Below are positions 28,301-38,367 of a DNA stretch of 64,000 nt, in pieces (within the stretch, counting starts at the first letter, position 1; the number at the start of each line of letters is the position of its first letter). Location: NCBI GenBank assembly GCA_002633005.1, contig NMRA01000004.1:563846-627845 (forward strand). Direction: 5' to 3'. The DNA is from Phoronis australis (lineage: Eukaryota; Animalia; Phoronida). Position numbers and translations under genes: made by a program. The notes beneath the pieces were generated by a model, which was not told the DNA's origin, ran no database searches, and worked only from the letters and a program-made list of their open reading frames with translations.

Positions 28301-31300
28301 AATCAAAGGTATATGCTTAGTATCTTTAATGAAAACTTTTATAAATGGTGCGGAGGTCAAGCACTGAGTTATGACATAATGTGTTAGGTTATCCATATGT
28401 TAATGTGCAATACACGGCTGTATTCAAAGGATAGTTTGGTTCAGTGCTGCCATTGGTCTTTTTACGTATAGTGGGGAATGTATGTGCAATTGTTTATGTT
28501 TATTGTTAAACGTGATATCTAAACAGATAGAAAACATAAAATATTCAGTCACTAGGTGGCGGTATGGCTGGATATCCCATAAATCTCTACTCTAGGATGC
28601 ACAATAGTGGGAGGTCAGTGGAGTTCGTGATACAATCAGCCTAGATGCATTAGATTTAAAGGGCTTTTGTCACACTTCAAACGGTTCCGTTCCAGTTTAT
28701 AGTTTCCTTATGAAAGTCTCAGTTTTGACATCATGATATAAAGAAATGTCTTGATTATTATTATCAAATAACAACTATTTTGAATTACCATTTTAGAAGT
28801 TAGTTGTTTTGAAAGGCAATTCATTGGTGGATTTGGCTCCGGGTTTTACCTTGATTAGGATGACATGATAACACTCAAAGCAATGAATGCTTTTTGTTAT
28901 TTATAACCTTACATTTTGAACGAGTATCGTGCATGTGGTAAAGCCCCTGGCTGGTAACATTCTTTTCAGCTTGCTCCAATTATAAAGGAATTAACAGATG
29001 GCCTGACGACCAGTATCAGTCTTCTGAGTGAGATCAGTGTGTTAGTTCAGTGCCTCAACATACACAGAGAATACGTGGATGCCTTGGATGGCGTCTGCTA
29101 TATGGGATTGTGAGTGTCTGCTGATCCAGTGCGGATCTGTTTCTTGCTTCAGCTCAAATATTTTACTATAATTATGTGTTCCTGTGGCTTTGTTGTGCAT
29201 GCGGTTGAGATTTCGGAACCTAATTTTGTGTTGCACGATGTAAATATTTAAATTGTTTCAATTAAAAGAGGTCGTTGGTTGCACCCCCTTCTGGATAAAC
29301 TAGTTTGATTAAGCAACGTGTGCTCGTCCAACTCTAATTAACATATTATCAGACAATGTTTACAGTGGTTCTGACTGGCAAAGTTGTTTCTTGATGTTAT
29401 AACAGGGGTGCTGGGTAATTCAAATGAACTCAGTTTTAACAGTTAGTAATACAGAAAGCTGTTGTGCTGTAACTTTTTGTAGCTCACTTTAAATCGTATT
29501 TCCTTGTCTTTCAGAGGTGGCATAGCATTCATGCTGATTGGGTTTGTTGTCTTGGGCATAACTTTCCTTACTATGTTGGTATTAGCCCCGTTAGCATGGA
29601 GCAGAATGGGCAGAAGGTGAGAACTCGCTAGATCTCATGAATTTGGTTTCATAATATTCCTTACCATGATGGGATTCTACGTCTGTTACCATAGCAACAA
29701 GAACACTGAAACCATCATTGCTGCATGTACCCATTGCCTTTGACTCGAGATGGTATCTAAATAAGAATCCTATCATGGTTGGGAACATTATATGAGACAG
29801 ATTTTCGATTTTCAGTCAGCTAAACAAAACAAGGTCGAAATGCAGCTTTAAGTGAACCAGTTTATGTTAATTAGTGATTTTGAATGAGCATGATGCCAAA
29901 TGTAAATTATTTTAACAGTTGTTGAATTATCTCTTGTAGGATTACCCAGTGCATGTATGAGTCAACAAAAAGAGCAAAAGATTTAAGATTTTAATTTTTA
30001 ATTTGTACATTAAAATGTGCAGAATTCTGTGTGATAATCCACATCCTGGTGACCTCTGTAATAAAATTTTCTCTGTATGTATGTTATAGGAGAAGATTTG
30101 TAGAGGTCGATGAGGATGACCCATTTTTGCCTCGGCCTGGCGGCAACAGCTCCGCTGCAACTAATAATTCTCCAGGTTACTACAGGTAAAGTTTATGGTC
30201 AGACATACTCTTCTCTTTTTGTGGATTACTTTGCAGAATAAGCTGTAGCAACTGTTCTTTGTGGGACGTTGTTGACTAACCTTCTTTGCTATTAAATTCT
30301 CTATGCTTCTCCTTTACTCTCAAACAAATTTCTCAAAACTTGGATGTTTGTTGGTATTTAACACTTGATGTAATCCGGCAAGTTCTCATAGATGTAACAT
30401 TTGGTGTAGGTGATGACGTTTTACGTAACAAGCACCTTCAAACCATTTTGTGTTGATCCGTTAAAGGCCTTCAACATTATCCATCACTAATAATTGTGAA
30501 ATACGTTTAGCTACCTTCATCGTCTTGCACTGTTTTTCAATGGATATCTGTTTGACACTGTATTGCCGTTACAAAAACAAAACATTACTTTAGGTATGGC
30601 TCTGTATCTAACCGTGAATCCTATGTAAGCCCTGTTTCTAACCGTGGCAGTTATGTAAACCCTGGACAAACCATGTGAGTACCATTGTGAAATGCATCAT
30701 AAATCAGCTGATTGCAGGTCATGTTCATGCGTCAAGCCTTTTGTTGAAAGTTGCATGCAGTTAATTTGCTAACATTCTCTCTCAAAGCATGTTAGTATGT
30801 ACTGTTTTCCTGTTTTTGTATGGTGAAAGTTATATTTTCCGTTAGCACCCCATGTCTGCACTTGACATTTTTGGGTTTTCTTGCCTTTTTAATCCCAACA
30901 TTTCATTTAACTTTCCCTGGTACTTGCTGCTGTCTCAAGTTTTGATTTATGCATGGTCTTCTGTTTGAAACTAACATGTAGAGTAGTTTGTCTTTTCATT
31001 TAATATTACCGCTTACTAATAAGCTGTATATGATTTTTAATCAGCTGATTTGTGGTGTTACAGTGTTAAATTCAGCGTGCTTATTGAATTTGGACAATGG
31101 TCACTTGCTATAGTGTCACAACAGTGTAAAAGGACAATCTCCGAGCTTCGATCGTTAGAGCTTAGATTAAACAGCCATTTGTGTTATGCTCAGAATGACT
31201 AGTCATTGGTGTGATTAATGTTGTTAGCCGAAATGTTGCATACAAATTGTTTGTGTTGCATTTTAGCGTTGTTGAGTGTTTCAAATTAGACTGCGCACTT

Positions 31301-33434
31301 GTACTTTCTTGCCTGTTTCCCAGGTGCAGCAAAAAATTCTGTACATTCCAGTACATTGTATTTACAGTACAAATCAGTTCAGTCCTGTGTCTTGCATTTT
31401 GTTAAAATTCTGAATAAGTCGATTGTAGTACAGTTTAGTGCAGTCTATTACAATTTAGTGCGGGGTAGAACTGTGTCATGCCTTTTGGTGAAGATCAGAA
31501 AAGTATAGATGTGTACATTGAATTTCTGTACAGTTCAATACTGTACTGGACTGTATTGCACTGTACTGTATTGTACTCTAGTATAAAGTTGTCTATAATG
31601 CAGGTTGCTGTGTGTTAACATGTATCATTCATTTTAGCACAGTCTGCATTGTGTTTTGGCTTTGCTGGCCCTGCAGAGTTCATTTTAATTTGGTAGTCAG
31701 GGTAAAATCTCACCACATGTAGGACACTGTGTGTCAAACTGACAGAATTTTTATTTTTACATGTCTTAAAAAAACATCACTTGTGTGAAGTAAATGCTTT
31801 ATCATTTTGGACTTATTTATTGTAGCTACTGCCAGACAATGTTTTGAGAAATCATGGGCATTCAAAAGAGTGTTAAAAGCCCTTGAAAAACCTAGAGGAT
31901 CAATTTTGGCAATTAGTGCCATCTGAAATGTGTGAGAATTTGTTATCTTGTTGTGTATTGCTGTACAATACAGTACAGTATAGTACAGTACAATTTGGCA
32001 ATCTCTGTTATAGTACAATACAGTTCACTGTGGTACTTTACAGTACAAGATGATGTACTCAACAAGCCATCTGCAACTCTCATCAGATTTTTAAGAAGAA
32101 TGCTTGGCAACTTGTGTAGCAAATATCACATTTATTTTCCAGATTTTCGGAGCCGGGAGGTGATCCAGCACCATTAGGTCGACGAACACCCCCACCTGCT
32201 GTGAGTATTTCTCCGAGTATTTTTGCAGGGATTTGTAAGCTTTATTTGTAAATGGTCAATTTCATATATGCTGATTGCTATTTTGCTTCAAATAGCTGCA
32301 AACAGTTAGATCATATGTGTCTGAGAAGGACATTGAGGCTTGAACTTTGCACAATATATTCAATTAAAACAAGATTAATAGACAAAATGTTCCAAATGCA
32401 TTGAAGTAAAATAGCCAGGTGACTCGGACGGTGTCCTTTCTTAAAGGCTTGGTAGAACTTTAAGAGAGCAACATTCACGTAAGACAGTAACCAGCATGTG
32501 AACGACCTTTGACCCCTCAGCTTCCTTTCGTCGCTACTTCTATTCACTGCCATCTTTCACGTGTTGATTACTATGTTTACATGATGGTGCCTGTTGCTCA
32601 CTTAAGCTCAGCGCAGATGGGGGAGCTATGACCTAAGCTTACTGCCCAGTGTGAACGTTAGCTGAGCACACAGTTCTCGTTGTTTGCAAAGGAGTAGTGT
32701 CGTAAAAGTCTGCCTGTTTTATTACAATATACCAGAAACCTTGTCGTATGTTTGTTCTTTATTTCTTCTTTAATGGCAATTTTTTCATTTTGTTTGTCTC
32801 TGTTTGGCAACAAGCAGAACTCCGGGACTTGGCATGACAAACTGTATTGTTTTGCATGTGGTGTATAATTCCAAAGTTACAAAAAGTAATTTCTCTGTCT
32901 ATTGATGTGTTGTGTGGGGGCTATAACTCACGTCCACTAAATGTAAGGCCAAAAAACATAGTTGGCTCTAGTTTGTTTTGTTTTTTTTTGAAAATTGAGT
33001 TGGTGGTGCAGTATTTTTTCAGTTACACACTTTCAAAAAAGATAATCCACCTAACATGAGCAAAATGATGCGGGATTCGCTTGTTATTATTCATCGCTTT
33101 GCAAATCATGGCATTTCGACTCTTGCTTATATTCCTGTATGCAACATTTCAAATAACACTAGATCTTGGCTGAAATTGATACACGCGAGCACTTTTTTTG
33201 TGTTAGTTGGTGAGCGCAAGTCTCAAAATAAGTCGGGTATATATCAGAATCAACTACGTTTTTAGCTTAATGCATAGAACTTGCCAGTCCCAGCTTATAA
33301 CTATCCCGACCACTTCAAGTGTTGGCCCGCAGTGTGGTTGTCATTGCCATTTGCTTGCGTTTCAGTACGGGGAACACTCTGGGAACCGAACATTAGGAGA
33401 CAGAAATACATTCAATCGGTCAAGTGAAGTGTAA
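1212..33434 (+). CDS. TTYH: Tweety-family (TTYH) 5-TM membrane protein gene, 14 coding exons (+1 candidate microexon), ~527 aa
   Basis: Hand-spliced GT-AG exons join in consistent phases. Tweety hallmarks: N-terminal Y.VPWW..FFH.FPH, GFYGN, DFCVDP, YY..C, C..IH..Y..AL.G.C, DEDDPF and a PPxY tail. Confidence 0.95.
1919..2280. mobile_element. Old MITE (~43-bp imperfect TIRs) hosting a nested tRNA-SINE-derived palindrome
   Basis: ggcattaaaatccatgctttctgtcaaaaaacaggttttgattt versus the reverse complement of aaatcaaaacttggtttttgacaaaaagcactggttcagtgcc; TTAA at the left end. Confidence 0.6.
1991..2123 (-). mobile_element. tRNA-derived SINE fragment inside a 26-bp perfect inverted repeat
   Basis: IR at 2017-2042/2098-2123; the spacer on the - strand has an anticodon-like stem (ctaga-ccgacaa-tctag) and B-box GGTTCGATTCC. 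Confidence 0.65.
3290..3336 (-). ncRNA. Minimal type I hammerhead ribozyme (core intact)
   Basis: The - strand reads cacCTGATGAtggcc-ggagaagagaaa-gaccGAAACGTC^gtg; minimal palindromic stem III (ACGT), as in Penelope hammerheads. Confidence 0.7.
3421..3462 (+). ncRNA. Degenerate hammerhead copy (GAAA core disrupted)
   Basis: cacCTGATGAtggcc-agagaaaa-gacc-gactaaaac-GTCgtg. Confidence 0.5.
4905..5340 (-). mobile_element. Degenerate RTE-type LINE 3' fragment
   Basis: Translation GHLEGKIARGQRLMWRVDIKTWTRSRMTECTRLANNRERWR resembles the C-terminus of RTE ORF2. Confidence 0.65.
5500..5666 (+). CDS. TTYH: Tweety exon 2 (TM1, CCRCC, start of TM2)
   Basis: tttcag|GCT...TG|gtaag; ALIAWTAIPVLVLVVSLIFFLVFFCCRCCRR...WTIGVFIGIS. 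Confidence 0.93.
6560..7260 (-). mobile_element. Possible decayed Tc1/mariner transposase relic
   Basis: Broken frames with QDN, LNP and PEAFLDH..SVM pieces reminiscent of the Tc1 C-terminus; heavily degraded. Confidence 0.3.
8717..8874. mobile_element. MITE of the Tc1/mariner superfamily (pogo/Tc2-like CCGT ends)
   Basis: TIRs ccgtaaactcgcgggttaacaccc / gggcgttaacctgcgagtttacgg; TA on both sides. Confidence 0.85.
9290..9543. mobile_element. MITE family A, copy 1 (CAGTACAAG ends, Tc1/mariner-type)
   Basis: TIRs cagtacaagccaaaagta / tacttttgccttgtactg; internal similarity to the copies at 13811 and 27566. Confidence 0.75.
9918..10063. mobile_element. GC-rich non-autonomous DNA element with CATGG ends and a 5-bp TSD
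   Basis: catgggcgacgca...tgcgccggccatg flanked by direct CAACC (9913-9917, 10064-10068); internal duplication of ccacttttttcagtgctg. Confidence 0.7.
10689..10808 (+). pseudogene. THAP zinc-finger N-terminal fragment within the transposon
   Basis: C-C-V-P-G-(Y where C is expected), HRFP and the conserved W; runs into the gap at 10809. Confidence 0.7.
10809..11649. other. Assembly gap (further gaps at 18933-18956, 50369 and 53285-53602)
   Basis: Runs of N. Confidence 1.
13811..14071. mobile_element. MITE family A, copy 2
   Basis: TA|cagtacaagccaaaa...ttcttgtattg|TA. Confidence 0.75.
16330..17700 (-). mobile_element. Highly decayed non-LTR (LINE) reverse transcriptase relic
   Basis: Broken - strand frames with RT-like pieces (LIASDTKPTLQK; EQHVWG); many stop codons. 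Confidence 0.35.
16581..16692. repeat. Minisatellite, 31-bp unit, ~3.5 copies
   Basis: attcgtcataccaacctgtcccaccaatcac repeated. Confidence 0.9.
19327..19821. mobile_element. TTAA-flanked MITE with AGGCC ends
   Basis: TTAA|aggccattcctat...atgggaaagggcct|TTAA. Confidence 0.55.
23111..23222 (+). CDS. TTYH: Tweety exon 3 (AAVALGFYGNEDVSKG...)
   Basis: cttgtag|T...CAC|gtgagt; GFYGN motif; phase 2 matches exon 2. Confidence 0.94.
23602..23840 (+). CDS. TTYH: Tweety exon 4 (extracellular helices)
   Basis: cacag|GTT...AG|gtaag; VYDLEKQL...GDHYR. Confidence 0.92.
24435..24600 (+). mobile_element. MITE family B, partial copy (Harbinger/Tourist-like)
   Basis: taaggccttaaaaagcatagttgg...gaaaatcaagtcggtggtgcgatattttt matches the element at 32947; no right TIR seen. 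Confidence 0.55.
25258..25353 (+). CDS. TTYH: Tweety exon 5 (TM3: WIGTIVVCSWTLAVCLLWFIAIGKASKGLLF)
   Basis: tttcag|G...AT|gtacgt; completes the YRW motif. Confidence 0.92.
26468..26540 (+). CDS. TTYH: Tweety exon 6 (TM4: CAVLGMLTLTFSWTAAGIHSGASV)
   Basis: tttcag|G...GTG|gtaagc. Confidence 0.92.
27248..27323 (+). CDS. TTYH: Tweety exon 7 (GIGDFCVDPNGFI...)
   Basis: ctgtag|GGT...G|gtacgt; DFCVDP motif. Confidence 0.94.
27566..27810. mobile_element. MITE family A, copy 3
   Basis: tagtacaagccaaaggtattcagacaaaatgaccaggaattcc...gattacatttttcttgcacca. Confidence 0.7.
28163..28308 (+). CDS. TTYH: Tweety exon 8 (VLEYYMACNGTAAPF...)
   Basis: tttcag|CT...AAG|gtatat; YY..C...PF motif. Confidence 0.92.
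28970..29109 (+). CDS. TTYH: Tweety exon 9 (...VQCLNIHREYVDALDGVCYMG)
   Basis: tttcag|CTT...TT|gtgagt; conserved C..IH..Y..AL.G.C. Confidence 0.93.
29515..29616 (+). CDS. TTYH: Tweety exon 10 (TM5: GGIAFMLIGFVVLGITFLTMLVLAPLAWSRMGR)
   Basis: tttcag|A...AG|gtgaga. Confidence 0.92.
29940..29954 (+). CDS. TTYH: Candidate 15-nt frame-preserving Tweety microexon (adds ITQCM)
   Basis: ctcttgtag|GATTACCCAGTGCAT|gtatga; phase 2/2 matches the flanking exons; no stop codon. Confidence 0.45.
30090..30185 (+). CDS. TTYH: Tweety exon 11 (RRFVEVDEDDPFLPRP...)
   Basis: ttatag|G...AG|gtaaag; acidic DEDDPF motif. Confidence 0.9.
30594..30674 (+). CDS. TTYH: Tweety exon 12 (YGSVSNRESYVSPVSNRGSYVNPGQT), possibly a cassette exon
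   Basis: actttag|G...AT|gtgagt; symmetric phase 2/2; internal 10-aa repeat. Confidence 0.75.
32143..32200 (+). CDS. TTYH: Tweety exon 13 (FSEPGGDPAPLGRRTPPPA)
   Basis: tttccag|A...GCT|gtgagt; forms PPPAY with the next exon. Confidence 0.85.
32947..33267. mobile_element. MITE family B (PIF/Harbinger-type, TAA TSD)
   Basis: TAA|ggccaaaaaacatagttgg...tcaactacgtttttagct|TAA. Confidence 0.65.
33366..33434 (+). CDS. TTYH: Tweety terminal exon (YGEHSGNRTLGDRNTFNRSSEV*)
   Basis: gtttcag|TAC supplies the Y of PPxY; TAA at 33432-33434; C-terminal S-E-V. Confidence 0.82.
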   Translation, partial: YGEHSGNRTLGDRNTFNRSSEV

Positions 33435-36400
33435 GTTCCAGTCAATAATTGGCCTGGCTTGACGTATTGCTGTAGTGAACGGCTGCTATAGCTCGTACTG
33501 CGTGCGTGTTATGACTGAAGATGCTGGCTATAGTAAAATACTCTTCACCTGCATCTGTGGATTACAACTTCAGAATTTTGTCATTCTTGAAGTTCATGCT
33601 TCTGTGTTTTCCTGTTTTTCTAGTTATAACCTTGTTGTTGTGAATAGGTTTCAAGTTATCCCAGTGTTTATTTTTATCTTATCAGTGAGGTTCATGGAAG
33701 ACAGTTCGTGGTTGATACTTTTTGACCTCTGTTTTTCAAGTTAAGTGAATGGTGCTGTTGGTTGAGATTTGTGTTTATTATACAAACTGAGATATTTTAA
33801 TATTTTTGTTAATTGCTCTTAAATGTAGCACTGATTTACGCTCTCAGATAATGTTTTTAATAACCTGTGGTGTGGAAACTGCTTAATATCTCAGCAGGAA
33901 TTGTGCATGAACTTCCTGTGTCCTTAACCAGAAATGATGAGAAAACTCCTTTTGTCTTCTCATTGGTCCCTATACCTCAACTTACAACCATGCACGGACA
34001 TAATGTGGTGCTTTGTCCAACTGCCTCTGTGTCCGAGTGCATCAAATTGTATCATTTCTTGTATGCGGTGTGCTCTAATATCCCAAAAATGAAGTTTGTG
34101 TGTATTGTTTTGATTTGAAGCATGGTACAACTCTCATTGGCTGCAATTCCATAAATGTTTTCTTAGCTAAGATGTAAAAATTATCCATTTGAAACAAAAG
34201 ATCTGTTATGAAGCTATGTGCACCGATGTACATTGTGCTAGCAGACGGACATCATGTGTCCTATCCATGCTATAAACACTTACTTTCGCTGTATGAAAGT
34301 CTTTGAGGGCCCTGTTACACCAAGTTAATTCTCAGAATGTCTTGATGGATCGGTGAAGGAATAGACAGCTACAGACAATTTCGGCCAAGCACATGCCTGT
34401 ATCGCGGCATCATCCATGCAGTTCTAACCCGTATTGTACACTGCTTACCCAGTCCCTGCTCTGTCTTAATTCCATGTTTGTGATCGTACTGAGAACTACC
34501 TTGGTGTGATGGATAGGTTTCTAAGAAATGAGCCCTTAGTTTTACTTTTGTATGTATGATCATTAATCGCTTATGCAGCCACTCACAATCACAGTTTCTA
34601 TTTGCAGCTTCTGATGACTGCCTTCTAACACCTACTGAGCCTGACTGACATGCAAGCTTCCTGCTGTCTTTTTGTCTACACATTGGAGTTTTCTCCCTTT
34701 TCTCCTTGATCACTTGCATCTTCTCAACGGGAGAGGCTGACAAGTTTGTGCTGTTTGTACATATCTTTTTTCTTTAGTGTAATGATAATCGCACAATAAG
34801 TGGTGCTGTTTTAAATAACATGATAAGTTATACACTTGACGTTTTTTCACTCGGCGGATTGCTTGTTGAGTATTCTTAAGATTTTCATCCTAAAATCGCG
34901 TGTTTCCTGCATTCCCGTGTGCTGTTTTGTATTTCTAACGTCATATCGTATTACATATCGTAAGCTGTTTTTGGTGGTCTAACATGTGTATGTACGGGAT
35001 TTCCCCAGTTTTAACATGTCATGTAAAGAACATTAGGGGTTGCAAGTCAAAGGTCAAATGGGATTACTTGAAGGTCACATGCCAAGTTCACTCTATATAT
35101 CTTTAAACCTCACCGTGATCATGTGAATGCATTGGACTGTTCTACCCTCGTCTTCATTCCAACAGTCACTTTAAGGAATTTGGGTGTTGAATTAAAGCCA
35201 CTTTAGTTCAATTCTTCCAACTTGAGAGTGGGGGCTCGATTTTGTTCTCCACAGCGCTATTGAAGAACAGCATACTGTTGTTCCAATTTTATAGTTCATG
35301 TTGATGGGAATGAAAGTAAGATATTTTTGTAATTTTGTAAATTAATTCTGTGTAAAAGTATGTTTAAATATGCATTTTAGTAAAAGTGACCTAGTAATTG
35401 CATTTGATGTGACACTGATAGAAAATAGAAACCTTTTAATATTAGTTTTACAAACTTCATCAAAAGTGGCCTATTGGGTTGACAAATCGAAGAGAACACT
35501 GTTCTTTGTTCTGTATTTTGGTCTCAAAAGTCACATGGTACATTTAGTTACATGTATGTGTTTTTTTCTGATGTAGTTGGATTTTTTTAATGAAGCTGTA
35601 ATATGTGCTGCAATATAAGTCCATTCTGTTACTTATGAAAGTACTTGCAGTAAAATTTCTATCACAGTCAACGTGATCTTATTGAGGTGCTTTATTGTCA
35701 GATTTTCTTCCTGTTAATTTTATTGTAAGTAATGTCAGTTATAAGCTAGTGAGCGTAATGATTATAATAATACCATGATAGTTTTTAATGTCACTCTATT
35801 GTATTCTAAAATGACTGCACATTTTCCTGTAGCCTCACATGAAACCTGCTGTGTGATTGGAAGCTGGTGGTAATGAAAAATTGTCACATGGGACAAGTAG
35901 CCCCTAGTCAGTCTTAGTGAACCTTAAGCCTAATGGCCTATAATCCTACTGCCCCCTACTCCTTGTAACCCTTTGTCGTAGTGAACAGAGCCTAGTGACC
36001 CCTAATCCTAGTAACTGTTTAACTTTGTGGCCACTGGTCCTCTTTCCTTGCAGCTCATCAACTTTCAACTTGCATTTCGTGGAAACCATTGAAGTGTACC
36101 CTGTTAGTTAGCAAGGAACTTTCTCAATAAAATATCCCTCATTGATGTTGAAATACCTGCGAACCATTGGTTCCGTGTGACAATTGTTTCACAGCTTTTT
36201 AAAAACTTCATCGTTCGTCATATATTTATGACCGTTTTAACAGGAAGCCTCCAGTCCAAAGTGCTATACCTGTGAGGCAGTATAGTATATAAGCAATGTA
36301 GTAGTGTGAGAAATTCAAAAATTTATAATGTATTATTGTAACCAGTTACATTCATCGATTACTATTTAGTTCTCAACTGTACGAAATCAATGTAGTTAAT

Positions 36401-37809
36401 GAAACTGTACGCTGTATTTATTGAACCTTTGTATTACAGACCCATGCAGTGCAAATTAGGTTGAACAACCTTTGAATTAAATTAATTCAACGATGAATCT
36501 TCCTTTTGAACTCCACTTGGCCCATTCTTGTATCATGGGTAATTAGGAATGCTAATTGGCCGTATTGGAAAATAACACGTTCCTCCCAGAAATATGGACT
36601 CAAGATGGTGCTGCATGGGGCTTTGACTTTGTGTAAACCAAATTTCCTTTCCGTAGGTATTAAATAAATTGTATATATCAACATGTCTTCTTTTTTGCAT
36701 CTTGAGTCTGAAACCAAATACACAATGTTGTATTGCTGAGACACAAATTTTTACATGGCTGTCATTAAGTTCATGGAAAACTAAGTTACTGCGATCGCTT
36801 ATAATGTCTCTTCACTCAAACAAGTTCATATTTGTGAGCATTATTTTTTGTAACATAATCTTAACTGTTTCTAGGCAATTGAACACTTGCAAACGTAACA
36901 ATCAATTTCAAATTGTCACACTTCTACGCCTCTATCTTCAGCCCACATGCAAGCGTTGACCTCAATGCGTTATTTTCAGGGTATGCAAGCAATACACCTC
37001 ACAAACAAATGAACATGGCTCGTGGAGCTGTAAACTCTTCACCAACTTACAAACTGGCAACACCTCTCAATTACACACTTCCAAGAAGCTTGGCTTAAAA
37101 ACTAGCTAAGTGTCCGTGTTTATTTTGTATGTGCTGGAGCTGTGTTTCTTAATGGACTTTGAGCCATGCTTTTTGGGTGTGTAAGGTAGGTTCATAAGTT
37201 TTGTTACGTAGCCCGATTTTGCGTAATTTAACAATTTTGAGGAACCATATTTCAGCATGTAATGTTAACCAATATGCTGATCTAAAACTACACACTCCTT
37301 TTTGTTGCTTAGCAACTTGTTTCATTCGCAGTCAGATGCAAGGATTGAACTCACTGGCTGCATATAAGTGGTGAGGATTCTTTCATGCTTCAGGTTTTGA
37401 ACACAAATGGCAAAATAAGGCAAAAATAAGTCCTTTTATTAGACATTAAATAAGTGCTGTTTAACAAGGCATGCTTTATTGTGTAAAATGTAACAAATAA
37501 ATACAAAAGTACAGGATTATGTAGGAATCGTATTTTGTTTGTGAACACGAAAGATTTGTGATTACCCAGTACTTTCCAATCACAAATATAGGAAAAAATT
37601 ATCTGGAAAAGTTTAAGACCAACAATTTCAAGAAGGATAAAAATCACTGATCAGTTTAAAATGGATCAAAATTGCCCTGTTCATTTTTCAAGGGCTATTA
37701 GCATTGCCACAAATGCCCTTTTGTTCAAAACATTGCCCGACTTCAGCTATGGTGCAGGATTAGTTGGCACTACTTATATTGCATAGAAAAATGAGAAAAT
37801 AAAATTCCC

Positions 37810-38172
37810 CTTGTCCACCATATTCAGAGGATGGAAACAATTCCATGGCCACCCCTTTAAATTCCAGCTATGGTCCCCTAAACCCTAGTCCTAAACCAGC
37901 AAATACCAAACCTGCGGGTGCCACAGAGCTCCACACAAGAGCCGAAAATATTTCATAGCATGTGACCAGACTCAGACCATGGGTTCCACACAGTGAGAAA
38001 TCTGGTCCTGGGAATGGAATTTGGCGGGTATGAGGTATTTTTGTGTGTAGCCGGAGTTCAAGGGCGTGCAATTTTTTGAACATCAGGTTTAGTATATGCT
38101 TGTACAGGATTGGGATTTAAAAACCATGGCTGGAATTCAGAGGAATTGTTTCCAACTGAATATTGTGTCCCA
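37810..38172. mobile_element. MITE-like element between the two genes' 3' ends
   Basis: atattcag..tggaaacaattcc / ggaattgtttcca..ctgaatat inverted, plus a second inverted block ccatgg..tttaaat.cca. Confidence 0.6.
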
Positions 38173-38367
38173 AATTGGTGAGATTTTACCGCATTTTATG
38201 ACAGAGGACTAATAATGGGCTTTATTAAAAAGCTTCGTTTCAAGTCAGTGTGCGTTAATGACAACCAGTGCAAGAGATAATTATGTCCATGAAGATGATT
38301 GGATGAAGGGCAGTGACATACCAGATGTCTACCAAAATGGAAATGAATGAAGTGTGTCATTAACTGT

